Assembly (NCBI GenBank): GCA_001899255.1
Contig: MKVX01000023.1
Span: 217,660 to 281,659 of the forward strand
Reading direction: 5' to 3'
DNA: 64,000 bases
Origin: Rhizobiales bacterium 62-47
Lineage (GTDB): Bacteria > Pseudomonadota > Alphaproteobacteria > Rhizobiales > Xanthobacteraceae
The notes under the pieces are model-generated. The model did not search any database. It worked only from the letters and a program-made list of their open reading frames with translations, and was not told the origin of the DNA. Numbering within the stretch: the first letter of the stretch is position 1; each line of letters opens with the position of its first letter. The position numbers and the translations under genes were made by a program. Below, piece by piece: positions 60,112-64,000 of the stretch.

Positions 60112-61612
60112 CGGCGAACTGGCCGCGAAGCTTGTGCTTTTCGACTTTCCCCGACGGCGTGCGGGGCAGCGCGTCGACGATGCGGACGTGATGCGGCACC
60201 TTGTAACCGGCGAGTTGCGCCCGGCATGCGGCCCGCAGTCGATCAGGCTCAATCACCCGTCCCGGTTTCGGCACCACCACGGCGAGACCCACCTCGCCCC
60301 AGCGCGTGTCCGGCACACCGATCACCGCGGCGTCGGCGATGTCTGGAAGGTCGTAGAGAAAGTTCTCGACTTCCGCCGGGTACACGTTTTCGCCGCCGGA
60401 AATGAACATGTCCTTGAGTCGATCGACAATGAAAATGTCGCCATCATTGTCACGGACAGCGATGTCACCCGTGCCGAGCCATCCATTCTTGATCGTGTCG
60501 CGCGTCGCCTCTTGCCGATTCCAATAGCCCGGAGTCACCACGGGTCCAGCGAGTTGGAGCTCGCCCCGGCCCGCGCCGCGAATCTCGTGACCGTCGCGAT
60601 CGACCAGACGGATCAGCGCGGCTCCAACCGGCTTGCCGACACTCAGCGGTTTGCGCGCAGCCGTCTCCGGATCGGAGGCGAAGATTGTCGGGCCCGCTTC
60701 CGTCATGCCGTAACTCGGCGCCACCACGAGGCCCTTGGCGGCAAATGCGTCGCCGATCGCGGGCGGAATCGGCGCGCCTCCGACTGAAAGATTACGCAGC
60801 CGCGGAAAGCGCGCGGCGGCGAAATCCGGATGATTGGCCAGCGTCAGATAAATCGCCGGCACCGCGAACATGGAAACCACGTCATGCGACAAGCGGGCCA
60901 GCGTTATCGCCGGATCGAAACGCCGCTCGATGATAACGGTGCCGCCGGTCATCAGGACAGGGAGCGTATAGAGATTGAGGCCTCCGGTGTGAAAGAATGG
61001 CAGAACGTTGAGGAACACGTCGCCGGCCAGTACCTTGCCCGATACCAGCGTATTCACCGCGTTGACATAGACCATTCCGAAAGTCTGCATCACGCCCTTC
61101 GGCTTCCCGGTGGTGCCCGAGGTGTAGAGCAGCATCCAGAGATCGTCGTCGTTCCGTGGCTCCATCGCCGCGATCGCACCGCCAGCATCGGCCGGTATGG
61201 CCTCGTAGCCATGCGGATCGTCGAGCGCGACCTGGATACAATCGATGCCTTCCACGGCGGCGACGCCAGCGGTGGCGAAATCGGACTCGTAGACGAGCAG
61301 TGCCGGCCGACAGTCCTGGACGATCGATCGCAGCTCGGCCGCGGCGAGACGCCAGTTGAGCGGCACGAAAACCAGCTCCGCCCGCGCGCAGGCAAACAGC
61401 AACTCGAGATGAGCGAAACAATTTTGCGCTAGCACGGCGACGCGCGCGCCCGGCGCCAGGCGATAGCGATCACACAGCGCCCAGGCAATTTGTCCCACCC
61501 GCCGATCCAGCGTGGCATAGTCGAGCCACTCGCCGCTTGCGATGTCTTCCAGTGCAATGCGTTGAGGATGATGGTCTGCCGCGCGCTGCAGCCAATCGGT
61601 GATCAACATCAT
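60095..61612 (-). CDS. AMP-dependent synthetase/ligase (acyl- or aryl-CoA ligase)
   Basis: 505 aa from ATG 61612 (MMLITDWLQRAADHHP..). Contains LLYTSGTTGKPKGV, SYGMTEAG, GDIAVRDNDGDIFIVDRLKD and PSGKVEKHKLR. The start overlaps the permease stop as ATGA. The 715-aa ORF-track form is an extension over the neighbour. Confidence 0.88.
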   Translation of the reverse strand: MMLITDWLQRAADHHPQRIALEDIASGEWLDYATLDRRVGQIAWALCDRYRLAPGARVAVLAQNCFAHLELLFACARAELVFVPLNWRLAAAELRSIVQDCRPALLVYESDFATAGVAAVEGIDCIQVALDDPHGYEAIPADAGGAIAAMEPRNDDDLWMLLYTSGTTGKPKGVMQTFGMVYVNAVNTLVSGKVLAGDVFLNVLPFFHTGGLNLYTLPVLMTGGTVIIERRFDPAITLARLSHDVVSMFAVPAIYLTLANHPDFAAARFPRLRNLSVGGAPIPPAIGDAFAAKGLVVAPSYGMTEAGPTIFASDPETAARKPLSVGKPVGAALIRLVDRDGHEIRGAGRGELQLAGPVVTPGYWNRQEATRDTIKNGWLGTGDIAVRDNDGDIFIVDRLKDMFISGGENVYPAEVENFLYDLPDIADAAVIGVPDTRWGEVGLAVVVPKPGRVIEPDRLRAACRAQLAGYKVPHHVRIVDALPRTPSGKVEKHKLRGQFADEQFR

Positions 61613-62703
61613 AGGCCTCGCGCGCGATCCCGCAGACTGCCCACCATCCCTTGCGGAAAGTAGTAGACGCTCAGGACGAACAGCAGGCCGAGCCACAAGA
61701 GCCAACGGTCCGGATGCACCAGATTGGCGACCAGCGGTATATGCTCGCTCGCCTTGCTCAGCAGCAGCATGACGTCTTGCAGATAGGTCTGTGCGATCAT
61801 GAACAGTACGGACCCGACGATCGCACCATAGAGCGTACCCATGCCGCCGATCACGGTGATCAGCAGAATGTCGACCATCACTTCGAGCGAGAGTGTGGTG
61901 TCCGGGCCGTTGTAGCGCAGCCAGATCGCCATGAGGACGCCAGCCAGCGTGGCGAAGACAGCCGAGATCACGCTCGCTATGGTTCGGTAGAGGACTGTGC
62001 GATAGCCGATTGCTTCGGTTCGGAACGGATTCTCGCGAATGGCCTGAAGCACGCGTCCGAATGGCGAGTTCGCGATCCGCAGCATCAACAAGAACAGCAC
62101 CGTGACCGCGACAAGGATGGCATAATAGGACAAGATGCGCCCATTGATGACGATCCCCATCACGGGCTCGTCGAATAGCCTGAACGCCGGCTGGAACACC
62201 TGCGGCATCTTGAAGGTGATGCCGTCCTCGCCTCCGGTCCATTCGGACAGTTGCGACATCAAGGTCGAGAACGCGGTCGCGACGGCGAGCGTGATCATGG
62301 CGAAGAACACCGCCCGCACACGCAGCGAAAACAAGCCGATCACCGTCGCCAGAATCACCGAGAGCAGGATGGCGAACCCGGTGCCCACCGCCAGCGCCGT
62401 CCAGCCCGGCTCCATCCGGCTCGATGCAATGGCGACGCCATAGGCGCCGATCCCGAAAAACATGGTGTGGGCGAACGATACGATACCGGTATAGCCAAGC
62501 AGCAGATCGTAGCTCGCCACCAGTGCGATGAAGATCAGGATCTTGGCGGCGGTGTTGAGGCTTCGCGCCCCAGGAACGAGGAACGGCGCAACCACGAGCC
62601 CAACAACGATGGCGATCAGGATGATCGTCAAGATCCGGCTTCGGGGCAAATCCCCCGACAACAGGCGACGGATGAAACTTGGTGCCGGCGCGCGCTCAGT
62701 CAT
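61609..62703 (-). CDS. branched-chain amino acid-type ABC transporter permease (LivM-like)
   Basis: ATG at 62703 (MTERAPAPSFIRR..) overlaps the upstream stop as ATGA. Polytopic, with the LLLGYTGIVSFAHTMFFGIGAY motif region. Confidence 0.85.
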   Translation of the reverse strand: MTERAPAPSFIRRLLSGDLPRSRILTIILIAIVVGLVVAPFLVPGARSLNTAAKILIFIALVASYDLLLGYTGIVSFAHTMFFGIGAYGVAIASSRMEPGWTALAVGTGFAILLSVILATVIGLFSLRVRAVFFAMITLAVATAFSTLMSQLSEWTGGEDGITFKMPQVFQPAFRLFDEPVMGIVINGRILSYYAILVAVTVLFLLMLRIANSPFGRVLQAIRENPFRTEAIGYRTVLYRTIASVISAVFATLAGVLMAIWLRYNGPDTTLSLEVMVDILLITVIGGMGTLYGAIVGSVLFMIAQTYLQDVMLLLSKASEHIPLVANLVHPDRWLLWLGLLFVLSVYYFPQGMVGSLRDRARGL

Positions 62704-63719
62704 CGATCCACCACCCGGTAGAGACCCTGCGGTCGCCAGAGCAGGATCAGAAGCATCAAGAGAATGTTCGAGAACAGCGCGATCTTGGGCGCAGCGAAGC
62801 CGACATAATTTGTCGTCAGCCCCACCAGCAACGCCCCGATGAGGCAGCCGGTGGTCGAGCCGAGGCCGCCGATGATGATGACGATGAAAATCAGCACGTT
62901 GATCTGTGCGCCGATCGACGCGGTGAAGTTCTGGAGGTACAGCCCCCACATCACGCCGCCGAGGCCCGCCAGCATCGCTCCGACCACGAACACGCCGACG
63001 AAGAGATGACGGGTGCGATAACCCATCGCCTCCAGCATTTCGCGATTCTCGACGCCGGCCCGGATCATCAGCCCGATCCGGGTGCGGGTGAGCACCAGAA
63101 GAAGCCCCAGGAACACTGCGCTGCCGATGCCGAGCGCCAGAACGCGATACCGTTCGACAGCCGCTTCACCGAGTAGCCACGATCCTCGCAGGCTTGCCGG
63201 CAGGTTGAAGGAAACGGTCTCCGCGCCCCAGATCACTCGGATCAGTTGCTCGACGATGATCAAGCCGCCGGTCGTCATCAGGATCTGCTTGAGATGGTTG
63301 CCGTAGACCGGCTGGATCAGCAGCCGGTCGAACACAAATCCGACCACGCCGGCGACGACGACGCCGGCGCAGAGCGCCAGAGCAAATACCGCTGAGTTCA
63401 GGAGAACCGATGTGGCTTCGACCCAGGGCGTGAGCGGCATCAGCACCGCCAGGCCGACATAGGCGCCAAGCGCGATGAACGCGCCGTGGCCGAAGTTGAG
63501 CACGTCCATCAGGCCGAACACCAGCATCAGGCCGGACGACACGGTGAAGATGATCATGCCCATGGCCAGCCCGGCAATGGTCAGAGTCAGCCACGTCCAG
63601 GGATTGCCGACCAACGGAAAGGCGGCAACCGCGACGATCAGCGGCAGCGCCACCGGCAGCCAGTCCAGCGGCTGGCGCGGAATATCCGAACTGGTGTCTG
63701 CGGTCACGGGACTGGACAT
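62700..63719 (-). CDS. branched-chain amino acid-type ABC transporter permease (LivH-like)
   Basis: ATG at 63719 (MSSPVTADTSS..) lies 10 nt after the ATPase stop. Polytopic, with LVFGLMDVLNFGHGAFIALGAY. Confidence 0.85.
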   Translation of the reverse strand: MSSPVTADTSSDIPRQPLDWLPVALPLIVAVAAFPLVGNPWTWLTLTIAGLAMGMIIFTVSSGLMLVFGLMDVLNFGHGAFIALGAYVGLAVLMPLTPWVEATSVLLNSAVFALALCAGVVVAGVVGFVFDRLLIQPVYGNHLKQILMTTGGLIIVEQLIRVIWGAETVSFNLPASLRGSWLLGEAAVERYRVLALGIGSAVFLGLLLVLTRTRIGLMIRAGVENREMLEAMGYRTRHLFVGVFVVGAMLAGLGGVMWGLYLQNFTASIGAQINVLIFIVIIIGGLGSTTGCLIGALLVGLTTNYVGFAAPKIALFSNILLMLLILLWRPQGLYRVVDR

Positions 63720-63729
63720 ACGTTCGCCC

Positions 63730-64000
63730 TCACTGGTGCGCCGACATGGAAAGACCGAGCAGCCGACGCTGCAAGACATCGTCTTCCGCAAGCTCGGCCA
63801 TACCGCCGCGATGCACGATGCGACCATCTTCCATCACCGCGACCGTATCGCCGATCGCCCGTGCAAGCGCGAAGTTCTGCTCGATCATCAGAATGGTCAC
63901 GCCGGTGGCCTTCAGATCGCGGAACACGCCGATCATGTTGGCGATGATGGCCGGCGCCAGCCCTTTGGTCGGCTCGTCGATGATCAGCAGGCGGCGCGGC
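63730..64000 (-). CDS. ABC transporter ATP-binding protein (LivF-like), C-terminal part; gene continues beyond the window
   Basis: Reverse translation from the window edge gives ..PRRLLIIDEPTKGLAPAIIANMIGVFRDLKATGVTILMIEQNFALA.., which is Walker B plus the H-loop region. Stop TGA at 63730-63732. Confidence 0.8.
   Translation of the reverse strand, partial: PRRLLIIDEPTKGLAPAIIANMIGVFRDLKATGVTILMIEQNFALARAIGDTVAVMEDGRIVHRGGMAELAEDDVLQRRLLGLSMSAHQ

Noticed and set aside
61613-62242. N-terminal extension making a 715-aa ligase ORF (60095-62242)
   Set aside because: The extension overlaps the LivM-like gene and lacks AMP-ligase features. The ATG at 61612 gives a normal 505-aa ligase with an ATGA junction.

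Overview
High-GC, densely coding chromosomal segment. Gene content suggests an alphaproteobacterium of the Bradyrhizobiaceae/Nitrobacteraceae type, but that is inference only. I support about 55 CDS. I recognised no rRNA, tRNA, CRISPR array, transposase, integrase, phage gene or known defence gene. All family calls come from reading motifs in the supplied translations, because no database search was possible.

Gene order:
- P450 tail and a TauE/SafE exporter.
- A minus-strand operon of amino-acid dehydrogenase, APH-fold kinase, divergent enolase paralog and VOC protein, with a divergent PfkB kinase.
- A ferredoxin-reductase-type flavoprotein and a crotonase.
- A sugar-acid-type enzyme set: IlvD/Edd dehydratase, SMP-30 lactonase, MR/MLE enzyme, aldehyde dehydrogenase.
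- An orphan AceE/MdeB-like E1 enzyme with a divergent Lrp regulator.
- DMT transporter, aldo/keto reductase, serine hydrolase, ClC channel, Zn-ADH and an isopropylmalate/tartrate-type dehydrogenase.
- A lower-GC ORFan, a cytoplasmic molybdopterin oxidoreductase, a GT39-like membrane protein, an acyl-CoA synthetase, a REP-like nested palindrome and an M29 aminopeptidase.
- Three small Cys-containing or secreted ORFs.
- A lanthanide-type methanol dehydrogenase island: xoxF-xoxG-xoxJ, CXXCW protein, beta-propeller, SoxYZ-like carrier, MBL metallohydrolase and unknown secreted proteins.
- The glutathione-dependent formaldehyde module flhA-gfa-fghA.
- A glycerol ABC uptake/glpD operon, a DUF3551 protein and a chemoreceptor.
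- A Liv-type binding protein, separated by a 680-bp non-coding spacer from an enoyl-CoA hydratase, AMP-ligase and LivMHF-type ABC operon.

No clear-cut novel system is proven. The best candidates for uncharacterised biology are:
1. The accessory relay genes of the xoxF island. They are annotated only by genome context and have no established biochemistry.
2. The dehydrogenase-kinase-enolase-VOC operon, whose enolase carries two active-site substitutions.
3. The lower-GC ORFan at 25.5-26.2 kb and the long non-coding spacers at 54.2-54.8 kb and 58.6-59.25 kb.
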